IMG/VR virus record: IMGVR_UViG_3300047560_002412
Span: 64,728 to 128,727 of that record
Source: a virus
Length of the DNA: 64,000 nt
Reading direction: 5' to 3' (one strand)
Below are positions 10,344 through 18,674 of this stretch, piece by piece. The notes below the pieces were generated by a model. That model was not told where the DNA came from. It did no database searches and saw only the letters and a list, made by a program, of their open reading frames with translations. Both the position numbers and the translations under genes were made by a program. Positions within the stretch are counted from its first letter, which is position 1; each line of letters begins with the position of its first letter.

Positions 10344-11012
10344 ATGCTGACTAAAACGAATATTAAATTAGACATTGCCCCAATTATAGAACAAGTTTCT
10401 TCATTAGATTTTGAAAAAAGTCTAACCCTAAACTATACAACTGGCAAACTCCTCAACGGTCCTTATACAACCAAACCAGAGTATGTAGGAACCCCATTAG
10501 GTGATGCATTAGAATCGATTGGAAATTTAGGAGAAGCACGATTACTCAAATTAAATTCTGCAGAGTCTTATACCGCTCATGCAGATCCCGATGATCGCAT
10601 TCATGTGGCCATAACAACTAATCCTCATTCGTATCTAATTAACTTAACTGATAATCAACTTTATCATTTACCGGTAAATGGAGAAGTATGGCATATGGAT
10701 ACTAGTAAAATGCATGTGGCAGCAAACTTTGGGGCAAGGCCTCGAATACATTTAAACATCAGGGTAGCATTACCTAAATTTAAAGCGCCAGGATATTCTT
10801 TAAAAATTGAAGGTGGAGACTATGATTGGAAACAAGAGTCCTATACTACTCTAATGGCGTTCTTCAATCGAGCTATTAAATCAAATTATATAACTGGTTT
10901 TGAAAAAGTTAACGAAAAAGAAGTATTATTAAATTGTAATCCGCCTATCCTCGATGCTAAAATTAATGAATTGAAAGATAAAGGTTTTGTAGTATCTCTT
11001 ACTCCAGTATGA
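10344..11012 (+). CDS. Fe(II)/2OG oxygenase (aspartyl/asparaginyl beta-hydroxylase-like) with C-terminal extension
   Basis: YTAHADPDDRIH...MHVAANFG..PRIHL (HxD...H...R). Confidence 0.7.
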   Translation: MLTKTNIKLDIAPIIEQVSSLDFEKSLTLNYTTGKLLNGPYTTKPEYVGTPLGDALESIGNLGEARLLKLNSAESYTAHADPDDRIHVAITTNPHSYLINLTDNQLYHLPVNGEVWHMDTSKMHVAANFGARPRIHLNIRVALPKFKAPGYSLKIEGGDYDWKQESYTTLMAFFNRAIKSNYITGFEKVNEKEVLLNCNPPILDAKINELKDKGFVVSLTPV

Positions 11013-12055
11013 CATTCTATCCTGACCCAATAAAAATCTTAGATATAGAACCAAGTTCGTATTGTAATGCTAAATGTCCTCATTGTATGAGGGAAAGTCA
11101 GAACGGAGATTATAGTTTTTTCAAACAGGTAAACTTACATGAAAGTTTCTTCAATGTATTTTTTCCTACCGAAGTTGCAGCTCAATTAAAAATTGCATCG
11201 TTCAGCGGTAATATTGGTGAGCCTGCAATGAATAAGGATCTATTAAACATACTTCGTTGGTTTCGTAAACAAAATCCAAATGTATTCTTAGAAGTTTATA
11301 CTAATGGTAGCGTTCAGCAACCGCAATGGTGGATAGAACTTGGCAATATTATCGGCAATAATGGTAACGTTATATTTGCTATTGATGGTTTGAAAGATAC
11401 TAATCATATCTATCGAGTAAACGTTAAATGGAATAAATTGATTCAAAATGTAAAGGCATACATCAGTACAGGAGCAACAAGCACTTGGCAGTTTATTCCA
11501 TTTAAACACAATCAGCATCAGGTTGAAGAAGCTGAACAAATGAGTAAAGACCTAGGATTTAGTCATTTTAAAATTAAAATTTCTCATAGAGAATTATTAA
11601 ATCAACCACAAAATCAAATTAATGCTGTTGAGCCTACTGACGATCCAAGATTTGTACACCAAGGACAAAAATTAGATTTTCTAAACATGAAGAAAACCGA
11701 AGATTATCTTGATTCTGTAGATATTAAATGCTACGCAATTGAAGAAAGAAATTTATATATTTCTGCGGAAGGTTTAGTTTTTCCTTGTTGTCACACAGCA
11801 AGTATATTTTTATTAGATGATAATTTACTTCCCGAAGGGTATGATTGGATTAAGAATGCTAAAAAGGATTTTGACAAAGACGAAATTAGTCTTTATAAAA
11901 ACAAATTAGAAAATATCTTATCATCTAATACATTTAATAAAATAAAAGAATCGTGGTCTCTTAAAATGTCTAGCGGTAGGAATCCACTATGCGCTGCTGT
12001 TTGCGGTAAATGTTCTAATAAAGGTAGTCTTATAGAAGGTCTACTGGGCCTTTAA
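11009..12055 (+). CDS. Radical SAM/SPASM protein (subfamily C)
   Basis: CNAKCPHC, GNIGEP, TNGS, IDGLKDT..IYR; C-terminal C...GLVFPCC...CAAVC. Confidence 0.9.
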   Translation: MTFYPDPIKILDIEPSSYCNAKCPHCMRESQNGDYSFFKQVNLHESFFNVFFPTEVAAQLKIASFSGNIGEPAMNKDLLNILRWFRKQNPNVFLEVYTNGSVQQPQWWIELGNIIGNNGNVIFAIDGLKDTNHIYRVNVKWNKLIQNVKAYISTGATSTWQFIPFKHNQHQVEEAEQMSKDLGFSHFKIKISHRELLNQPQNQINAVEPTDDPRFVHQGQKLDFLNMKKTEDYLDSVDIKCYAIEERNLYISAEGLVFPCCHTASIFLLDDNLLPEGYDWIKNAKKDFDKDEISLYKNKLENILSSNTFNKIKESWSLKMSSGRNPLCAAVCGKCSNKGSLIEGLLGL

Positions 12056-13132
12056 TTCAGTTTTACTAATAAATTGATCTTGGGGAGTAGAAAATAATTC
12101 TGGTTGTACTCCGCAGGTTCTTACACAGGTAATCAATTTATTCTCATTCCAATAGTAATCCCAAACTGATTGATATTCTGTCGAATCAATTATATCTTTT
12201 AAAGATTTTTTATCAACATTTAAGTTATCAATTCCGCCCAAACTTTCTACAAGTTGTTCGTATTGATGAAACATTTCGTTTCTTACTGCTCTTAATTCAG
12301 ATAATTCATCGGGTGCTTGGTATGGAATCATTGACAACCAGCAACACGGAAAGACATGTCCTTGAGCATTTATATATACTTCTTTCATTTTAACAGCATA
12401 ACATTTAATTTCTGTTCTCTTTACAATGTCTTTATATTGATCAATTACTTTTTTGTCAATAAATTTAATTTCTGAGTACTGACTAGGTTCTAGATAATAT
12501 ATAGTTTCTTTATTTTTATTGTAAACAGGAAACTTAGCATCTAATAAAAATCGAGAACTATCTTTCATAGTAAAATCTTCAAACCCTAATTCATAAGCTC
12601 GGTTTTTAGCTTCACTAACTTGATGTTCATTATGTTTAAATCTTATGAATGCCCATTCGGCCCGACCACCTGCCAAAATAAATGCTCTAGCATTCTCTAT
12701 AATTTTTTCATAATCGGTACCAATTCTATAAATTGCCTGCGTATCTTCTAATCCGTCTATGGCAAATATTACTTTATGATTCTTGGGCAACGCAATGGCT
12801 AACTTGGCCCACCATGATTTACTACGAAGGCTTCCATTTGTATGGATTCGTAATTCTATTTCTGAGTTCATCTGTCTTGTATAATCAACCATTTCTAACA
12901 AATGATTGTTAAGAAGAGGATCTCCGTAGTTTCCGCAAAAATATATTGCTGAAATTTGAGTTAGAACTTCTTTATTGATAATTGACTTGTATCGATCTAG
13001 AGTCCAGGATTCGGTTTTGATAAGAGGATTTTCAATTCCTCCGTGAATATTCCGAGTACACATAGGACAACTAGCCTGGCAGTTATTTGATATTTCTAAA
13101 TGAAGCTGTCTTAGGTCACTAAACTTAAACAT
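12041..13132 (-). CDS. Radical SAM/SPASM protein (subfamily C)
   Basis: CQASCPMC, GNYGDP, TNGS, IDGLEDT..IYR; C-terminal C...GHVFPCC...CVRTC; paralog of 11009..12055. Confidence 0.9.
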   Translation of the reverse strand: MFKFSDLRQLHLEISNNCQASCPMCTRNIHGGIENPLIKTESWTLDRYKSIINKEVLTQISAIYFCGNYGDPLLNNHLLEMVDYTRQMNSEIELRIHTNGSLRSKSWWAKLAIALPKNHKVIFAIDGLEDTQAIYRIGTDYEKIIENARAFILAGGRAEWAFIRFKHNEHQVSEAKNRAYELGFEDFTMKDSSRFLLDAKFPVYNKNKETIYYLEPSQYSEIKFIDKKVIDQYKDIVKRTEIKCYAVKMKEVYINAQGHVFPCCWLSMIPYQAPDELSELRAVRNEMFHQYEQLVESLGGIDNLNVDKKSLKDIIDSTEYQSVWDYYWNENKLITCVRTCGVQPELFSTPQDQFISKTELKAQ

Positions 13133-13734
13133 TATTTTTTACCGATAATCATGAATCTTTTATACAATGGTAAGTCTAGCTCACCTGCATATAAAATTTT
13201 TTCTAATCCACATTGTTGTTTAAATTCATTTAGATCTTTAGCAATGCGTACATGCTCTGGAATGTCGTAGTTATTACTTTGTAGAACAAACAAACTATTG
13301 TGTGGCATACCACTCAACCACAATTCATATTGATCTTGTGAGATGTGTTCAAAACTTGTATTAATAATAATATCAGCATCACTTCTGATACTACACATAT
13401 CACCGGTCACTGCACGGAACCTACCAGCCTCAAGTTCCATTTGATTCATTAGGTTTGCTATAGGTTCGCAGGTCGGATCAATGTCAATACTTCTAATGTT
13501 ATTAACAAACAACTCGCTTTGGAATATAAGACTCGATAATGTTCCTACCCAGCCGCCATGAATGTCTACACTTGGCCAAGTTTTAAAATTACCGCGTTGT
13601 TTAATTAATTCTTTTATAAGCCATTCTTTACTACTCATCTGGCCTTTCCAGAAAGCATCTAAGGTTCGCATGGGGTCTTTGCTTTCACGGATGGCACACA
13701 TCCAATAGTGTAAATGTTCTAGGTCTATTTGCAT
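13132..13734 (-). CDS. Class I SAM-dependent methyltransferase-like protein
   Basis: IHGGWVG (motif I-like), SIDIDP acidic motif II, TGDM, IINTSFEH; likely start MQIDLEH at 13734. Confidence 0.65.
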   Translation of the reverse strand: MQIDLEHLHYWMCAIRESKDPMRTLDAFWKGQMSSKEWLIKELIKQRGNFKTWPSVDIHGGWVGTLSSLIFQSELFVNNIRSIDIDPTCEPIANLMNQMELEAGRFRAVTGDMCSIRSDADIIINTSFEHISQDQYELWLSGMPHNSLFVLQSNNYDIPEHVRIAKDLNEFKQQCGLEKILYAGELDLPLYKRFMIIGKK

Positions 13735-14705
13735 TTTGGTATCTTTGAATCTGCCGAGCTTACGCAGGCCGGAGTAATACAACGACGTGGTTCTTTAAAT
13801 AATTTAAAATTGTTTAATGTTCCTAGTGGTTCATCGTGACAACTATAAGATCTTTTAACTTCATCACTACGAATTATAACACTTTGATAGCCGCTATTAC
13901 AAGACCATCCTTCAAACTTATTAAATCCAAAGGCATTAAACCGTTCTGCCTGGTCAAATAAGTATTCTTTTCCTTCAGAATCATACAATGCTATTTGATA
14001 GACATCAGCATTTCCTGATTTTTGTGGGAATCCTGTTTGCATTAAATGAATCATTTCTTCTGTATATCCATCAACTACAAAACTTGCAGTTGGATCGCTC
14101 TGTGGTTTTAGAGTAACGTTAATTCCCCTCGAATGTAGTCTTTCACACCTTTCATATAATTCAAAAAAGTTTTCAGGAACCATAACTTGATTGACGGTAA
14201 CATGAACTAATTCATACATGAGCTGTAGACATTTGTCACTAAACTCCTGTTCTTTAGCAAATTCTGAATGATAACTTGCTGTTATACTTCGCCGTTGAAG
14301 CATTTCGGTATTTGAACACCAAGTCTTCCACCATTTACTACCGGGACTTAAATTGGTAGTCATGTGTATGCTTTGGTAAGGTGTTTGGGGACCGTCATCA
14401 ATATGTTTAACTAGGTCTAATAATTGTTTATAGGCAGTAGGTTCCCCTCCGCTAAAAGACCAATGAAACTTATTAAAACCATTTTCCCTAGCTTGATTTT
14501 TAATTTCGTCTATGGCTTTGGTATAAACGGAAAACTCTTGATAATCTTGCTTATCCGATCTAGCATATGGCCAGCAGTAACTACATTTGTAATTACAAAA
14601 TCGTCCTAAGATCCAACTAACAGAAAACAAATTGTCAGACAACATAGTTCGTTGTCCAAATCTTGTTATATTTTGAAATGGTATTTCTTGAAAATTGATA
14701 TTCAT
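13725..14705 (-). CDS. Radical SAM protein (subfamily B)
   Basis: WILGRFCNYKCSYC, SGGEP, TTNLS, FEGWSCNSG...C...CITPACVSSAD; ATG 14705 follows TAAATA at 14716-14721 (-). Confidence 0.9.
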   Translation of the reverse strand: MNINFQEIPFQNITRFGQRTMLSDNLFSVSWILGRFCNYKCSYCWPYARSDKQDYQEFSVYTKAIDEIKNQARENGFNKFHWSFSGGEPTAYKQLLDLVKHIDDGPQTPYQSIHMTTNLSPGSKWWKTWCSNTEMLQRRSITASYHSEFAKEQEFSDKCLQLMYELVHVTVNQVMVPENFFELYERCERLHSRGINVTLKPQSDPTASFVVDGYTEEMIHLMQTGFPQKSGNADVYQIALYDSEGKEYLFDQAERFNAFGFNKFEGWSCNSGYQSVIIRSDEVKRSYSCHDEPLGTLNNFKLFKEPRRCITPACVSSADSKIPKCK

Positions 14706-14733
14706 AAACTGAACATATTTAAGCCACAATCAG

Positions 14734-14762
14734 TTGTTCTAGAGGGATTGCGAGTATATAAT
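14734..14762 (+). promoter_or_regulatory. Sigma70-type promoter for the tRNA-like RNA
   Basis: TTGTTC-17 bp-TATAAT; predicted +1 at about 14769, the first base of the RNA. Confidence 0.65.
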
Positions 14763-14768
14763 AAGTAT

Positions 14769-14882
14769 GTGGTCGTGAGTGGAATATGGCAGACCTCCCG
14801 CCAAACCTATAGTTTGGAAAGGGGCCGGAACGATGGGCATAGCCCGCAGTTCTTGTAGGTTCGAAACCTACCGACCACACCA
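14769..14882 (+). tRNA. Atypical 114-nt tRNA-like RNA (elongated anticodon and variable arms; no canonical anticodon loop)
   Basis: 7-bp acceptor GTGGTCG/CGACCAC, A discriminator, encoded CCA; T arm GTAGG-TTCGAAA-CCTAC; Leu/Ser-like D-loop GGAATATGGCAGA; hairpins CCAAAC-CTATA-GTTTGG and GGAAC..GGGC-ATA-GCCC..GTTCT. Confidence 0.75.
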
Positions 14883-14905
14883 ATTATCATAAGGAAAAAT
14901 ATAAT

Positions 14906-15100
14906 ATGTCAAATACCGTAGAACAATTAAAATCAGCTTTCGAAACATTCCTAGCAGAAGATGCAAAGTTTACATCGGGTAATGGGGCAGCAGGTACAAG
15001 AGCACGTAAAGCTCTACAAGAAGTTGCTAAGTTAGTTAAAGCTCGTCGCAGTGAGATCACCGATGAGAAAAATGCTCGCAAAGAAGCAAAAGGAAAATAA
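14906..15100 (+). CDS. Histone H1-like (Hc1-family) small basic protein
   Basis: GNGAAGTRARKALQEVAKLVKARR motif; AAGGA RBS. Confidence 0.7.
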   Translation: MSNTVEQLKSAFETFLAEDAKFTSGNGAAGTRARKALQEVAKLVKARRSEITDEKNARKEAKGK

Positions 15101-15101
15101 A

Positions 15102-15638
15102 ATGTTAACCAATGAACAACTTGAAGCAATTAAATCAGATGAAATAGCAAGTATTTCTGATGATGTTGTTTTAGGCATTGGTGCTGTCGGAGCCGCTCAA
15201 TCGATGACCGATTTATCTTATAGCGGCATCGACACTATAACGATTTCTTCTCTAGATTCGTTAACGACAACCCCAATTACCACGATAACTCTACCAAGTA
15301 CAACCTCTGGAACATCTTACACTACTTCTACTGGTTCATGGACGTCATCTCCTTGTTATACAATTAATACCGGATCAACGTGCTATGGAACTTTAAACGT
15401 ATCTCCTCCTAGAGTTAACTTTGACGGTAACGGTATTCAACTAGATAAAGAAGCTGATATTAAACTTGGTGACATTAGTTTAAAAGAGTTTCTTAAAAAA
15501 ATGGAAGAAAGGTTATCAATACTTGTACCTGATCCAAAAAAACTTGAAAAATTTCAAGCCCTTCAAAAGGCCTATGAACATTATAAAACATTAGAAAGTT
15601 TATGTTTTAATGAACCAGAGGAAGAAGAACAAAAGTGA
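15102..15638 (+). CDS. Hypothetical protein with Ser/Thr-rich central tract
   Basis: ATG 15102 right after upstream stop, with AAGGA RBS; low-complexity S/T segment and coiled C-terminus. Confidence 0.65.
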   Translation: MLTNEQLEAIKSDEIASISDDVVLGIGAVGAAQSMTDLSYSGIDTITISSLDSLTTTPITTITLPSTTSGTSYTTSTGSWTSSPCYTINTGSTCYGTLNVSPPRVNFDGNGIQLDKEADIKLGDISLKEFLKKMEERLSILVPDPKKLEKFQALQKAYEHYKTLESLCFNEPEEEEQK

Positions 15639-16174
15639 TAAAGGTATTAGATGATGTTATTCCAGAACATCTTCAAGACTATTACGAGTTGAGCATTTTA
15701 GGTATTAGTGGGGACAAAATGATGCACCCTATTATAGATCTAAAATGTAAATATGAACTCACAGCACGAGAGGAATCTATAACTCCGTTAAGTTTTGTTC
15801 ATGTTCTTAAATCATCTAATACATTATCTTCTCACTTACCAAATTTTGGTTTGATCCCTCAATTAGTATTTGCAAAAGAAAATATTCAATTTAAAGATAT
15901 ATTAGTTGGCAGAATTTTTGTATTAATGCCATATAATACTGATAAAGAATATTATGATGCACATGTTGACCTTCCTTATCCTCATTTAGTTGTATTGTAT
16001 TATGTTAATGACAGCGATGGTGACACCGTATTCTTTGACGATCATGACAATATTATTAAACGAGTAACACCAAAAAAAGGAAGAGTTGTTTTATTTGACG
16101 GCACACTTCGACACGGAGGAGGAATTCCTAAACATGGTCCTCGATGTGCTGTTAATTTTGATTTAGCGATTTAA
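15635..16174 (+). CDS. Fe(II)/2OG oxygenase (prolyl-hydroxylase-like)
   Basis: AHVD..LYYVNDSDGDTVFF..PKKGRVVLFDG..H..P..R. Confidence 0.8.
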   Translation: MIKVLDDVIPEHLQDYYELSILGISGDKMMHPIIDLKCKYELTAREESITPLSFVHVLKSSNTLSSHLPNFGLIPQLVFAKENIQFKDILVGRIFVLMPYNTDKEYYDAHVDLPYPHLVVLYYVNDSDGDTVFFDDHDNIIKRVTPKKGRVVLFDGTLRHGGGIPKHGPRCAVNFDLAI

Positions 16175-16185
16175 AGGAAATATAA

Positions 16186-16857
16186 ATGGATGTCAAGCTC
16201 GTCTCCTATTCACAACCAACAACCGATTTTGCCGACGCAGGAATTACAGATGCGCAAGAGCTCATCGCCTACTGCGCCCGAGTCTCAAACCCGAGTAACC
16301 AGCTCAACACTGACACAAGCGAAAAACTTATCAAGTATCTCGTTAAACACGCACACTGGAGTCCTCTCGAAATGGTTTCAGCTTGCATGGAAATTACGAC
16401 AACACGAGATATTGCAAGGCAAATCTTACGACACAGAAGTTTTAGTTTCCAGGAGTTCAGCCAACGTTACGCTGACCCAACAAAGGATCTCAACTTTGTA
16501 CTTAGAGAAGCACGACTCCAAGACACCACAAATCGACAAAATAGTATAGAAACCGATGACAAACGTTTGCAACGAGAGTGGGAGATTCGACAAAATAATG
16601 TCATTACAGAAGCAAGATTAGCATATCAATGGGCTATTGACAACGGTATTGCCAAGGAACAAGCTCGTGCTGTATTGCCTGAGGGCTTGATTGAAAGCCG
16701 TTTGTACATGAATGGAACGTTACGTTCGTGGATTCATTTTATAGAACTGCGTTCAGGCAATGGTACACAAAAAGAACATCAGGAAGTTGCGTTGGCTTGT
16801 GCAAAAGCTATTGCTGCTATCTTCCCAATGAGCGAGAGTTTGGTTCAAAATGTCTAA
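16186..16857 (+). CDS. thyX: FAD-dependent thymidylate synthase ThyX
   Basis: HWSPLE, QILRHRSFSFQEFSQRY signature, EQARAVLP, QKEH. Confidence 0.97.
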   Translation: MDVKLVSYSQPTTDFADAGITDAQELIAYCARVSNPSNQLNTDTSEKLIKYLVKHAHWSPLEMVSACMEITTTRDIARQILRHRSFSFQEFSQRYADPTKDLNFVLREARLQDTTNRQNSIETDDKRLQREWEIRQNNVITEARLAYQWAIDNGIAKEQARAVLPEGLIESRLYMNGTLRSWIHFIELRSGNGTQKEHQEVALACAKAIAAIFPMSESLVQNV

Positions 16858-17233
16858 AGAATTAGATAAATTCTGCGAGAACTACGAAGTTCGTGTTCTC
16901 AATGATCAAAAGAGGAGGGTAAGATACCGTCCTCCTCAGTTCTTTACAGACCCTACACGGGCTGATATCATTAGAAACGATTTTATAGAACACGAGTCTG
17001 AACGTGTGTTTACCGTTGAGATCCCAGAAGGTAGGCTACGTGCTTTGGTAGAATTGGAAAATCGTTTCTTCAAATGGCACCATCACACACAAAGTGAAGT
17101 TGATATCTTCCAAATGCTGATGGAAAAGGAACGTGAAGAATCTTTTATGCGACAGACTAACCCTGCTGTTCAAAAAGCCTACGAGCAATATAGCATTATG
17201 TTAAATCTAGCAGGTTATCAGAGAAAAATATGA
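16850..17233 (+). CDS. Hypothetical protein
   Basis: Translationally coupled ORF in operon. Confidence 0.7.
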   Translation: MSKELDKFCENYEVRVLNDQKRRVRYRPPQFFTDPTRADIIRNDFIEHESERVFTVEIPEGRLRALVELENRFFKWHHHTQSEVDIFQMLMEKEREESFMRQTNPAVQKAYEQYSIMLNLAGYQRKI

Positions 17234-17415
17234 CGGAAACACGTAAACGTACATTGGCAAGGGCTGTGTCTTATAGAATTATTGCAACTATAATTACAGC
17301 ATTTTGGACAGGTATTAGTGCGGCGATTGCCATTCATATTATCTTAACTGGTGTCCATTATGTAATGGAAAGAATTTGGTTAAAGATAAAATGGGGTAAA
17401 ATCGAATCATCTTGA
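17230..17415 (+). CDS. Small membrane protein (DUF2061-like)
   Basis: ETRKRTLARAVSYRIIAT...HYVMERIWLKIKWG pattern; two hydrophobic segments. Confidence 0.65.
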   Translation: MTETRKRTLARAVSYRIIATIITAFWTGISAAIAIHIILTGVHYVMERIWLKIKWGKIESS

Positions 17416-17440
17416 CAGGTTTTTTAATTTCTTGTATAAT
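17412..17440 (+). promoter_or_regulatory. Consensus sigma70 promoter
   Basis: TTGACA-17 bp-TATAAT. Confidence 0.85.
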
Positions 17441-17477
17441 TAAAGTGTTCGACTATTAAGTCTTGAGAGATTATATT

Positions 17478-18293
17478 ATGAGAAACTATTGGACCTGTTC
17501 AAAATTCGCCGACTGGCTAAGAGGTTCTGCTAAACCAAACGCAGAAACTTCTAAAGGCTGGGCGCAGTGGAAACGTGCTTCGAAAGAAAAGCATCCTTTC
17601 CGTTATTGGCTAGCGGAAGAAGGTCTTGATTACATCCAGGATGTTTGGATGTGGATACCTGATAGGATCAACGATGTTCGATATTATATTAACAATCGCT
17701 TTATTACTCGTACTCATTGTCTTTCTGCTCACCCTCGCGATATCAAGCGTGGCACTTGGTGCGATGTTGGGAATCGATTCCTGCCATGTCTTTTTAACGA
17801 ACTTGTTGAATTCGTTGAAATCGAACTAGCATGGAACTACTGCGTTTGGGATGATGAAGCTCGTAAAAAATACAAGTATCCTTGGTGGCGTCGTTGGTAC
17901 CGTAATTGGCGTTCAGAAGAAGCTGCTATGGCCTATATCGCTTGGGCCAAAACGTTGACCAATGCAGATTTTTTGGACGAAGATAAAAAGCACGAAGCAG
18001 TTCCTACACATCAAGCAGAAGCTGCTAAAGAAATGGAAATACTCTACAAGTGGTGGAAGTACGAACGCCCTGCTCGTCCTGATCCCTACGATGTTAGTGG
18101 CTGGCACGATATCTGTGAACGTCGTCGTGTGAAATATCCAGACGAGATTCTTCCAGAAGACGAAACAAAGAAAGAAAAAGCAGAATCTAAAAAATCTCTT
18201 GACATGTTACACAAATTAGAGTTACAATATGAACAAGAGGACGAGGCAATGATGATTCGTTTAATTAAAATTCGTCAATCACTTTGGACATAA
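17478..18293 (+). CDS. Hypothetical protein (Trp-rich)
   Basis: Long ORF downstream of consensus promoter; ATG 17478 preferred over TTG 17463. Confidence 0.75.
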   Translation: MRNYWTCSKFADWLRGSAKPNAETSKGWAQWKRASKEKHPFRYWLAEEGLDYIQDVWMWIPDRINDVRYYINNRFITRTHCLSAHPRDIKRGTWCDVGNRFLPCLFNELVEFVEIELAWNYCVWDDEARKKYKYPWWRRWYRNWRSEEAAMAYIAWAKTLTNADFLDEDKKHEAVPTHQAEAAKEMEILYKWWKYERPARPDPYDVSGWHDICERRRVKYPDEILPEDETKKEKAESKKSLDMLHKLELQYEQEDEAMMIRLIKIRQSLWT

Positions 18294-18294
18294 T

Positions 18295-18456
18295 ATGAAA
18301 ACTTCTGCGTTTAGAACCTGGGTTCGAGATTTGTGGTATGCAAATTGCGAAGAACATTTTGAAGTAAACGAACCTAAATATACGCATGAAGAATATTTTC
18401 AGAAATTCAAATGGTGGTTAAAACGAGAATACCGTCATCAAACAAGGAAAACATGA
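18295..18456 (+). CDS. Small hypothetical protein (53 aa, below ORF-track cutoff)
   Basis: MKTSAFRTWVRDLWYANCEEH...FKWWLKREYRHQTRKT; fills the gap exactly, with ATGA overlap to the next gene. Confidence 0.65.
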   Translation: MKTSAFRTWVRDLWYANCEEHFEVNEPKYTHEEYFQKFKWWLKREYRHQTRKT

Positions 18457-18674
18457 CAAGAAAATCTAAGCACGAAGAGCTTTACAGCAAATATATGGCA
18501 TTTAACAATATTATGTTAGAAGATTATAAGCCGGCAGAGATTGCTGCCATTATGGCTGTACAGGCTTTTAGTTTTTATAAAACAATCATGGACGAAGACG
18601 ATTATCTTAAAATCATCGATACCATATACGAAAATAGACATAACGTCAAAACATTCGATCAAGGAACACTTTAA
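18453..18674 (+). CDS. Hypothetical protein
   Basis: ATG 18453 with AAGGA RBS and ATGA coupling. Confidence 0.65.
   Translation: MTRKSKHEELYSKYMAFNNIMLEDYKPAEIAAIMAVQAFSFYKTIMDEDDYLKIIDTIYENRHNVKTFDQGTL

Noticed and set aside
14769-14882. Calling the RNA a canonical tRNA-Ile(UAU), amber suppressor, tRNA-Sec or tmRNA
   Set aside because: No U33-type 7-nt loop on a 5-bp stem at the canonical distance; acceptor stem is 7 bp with no UCA; no G3-U70 and no tag reading frame
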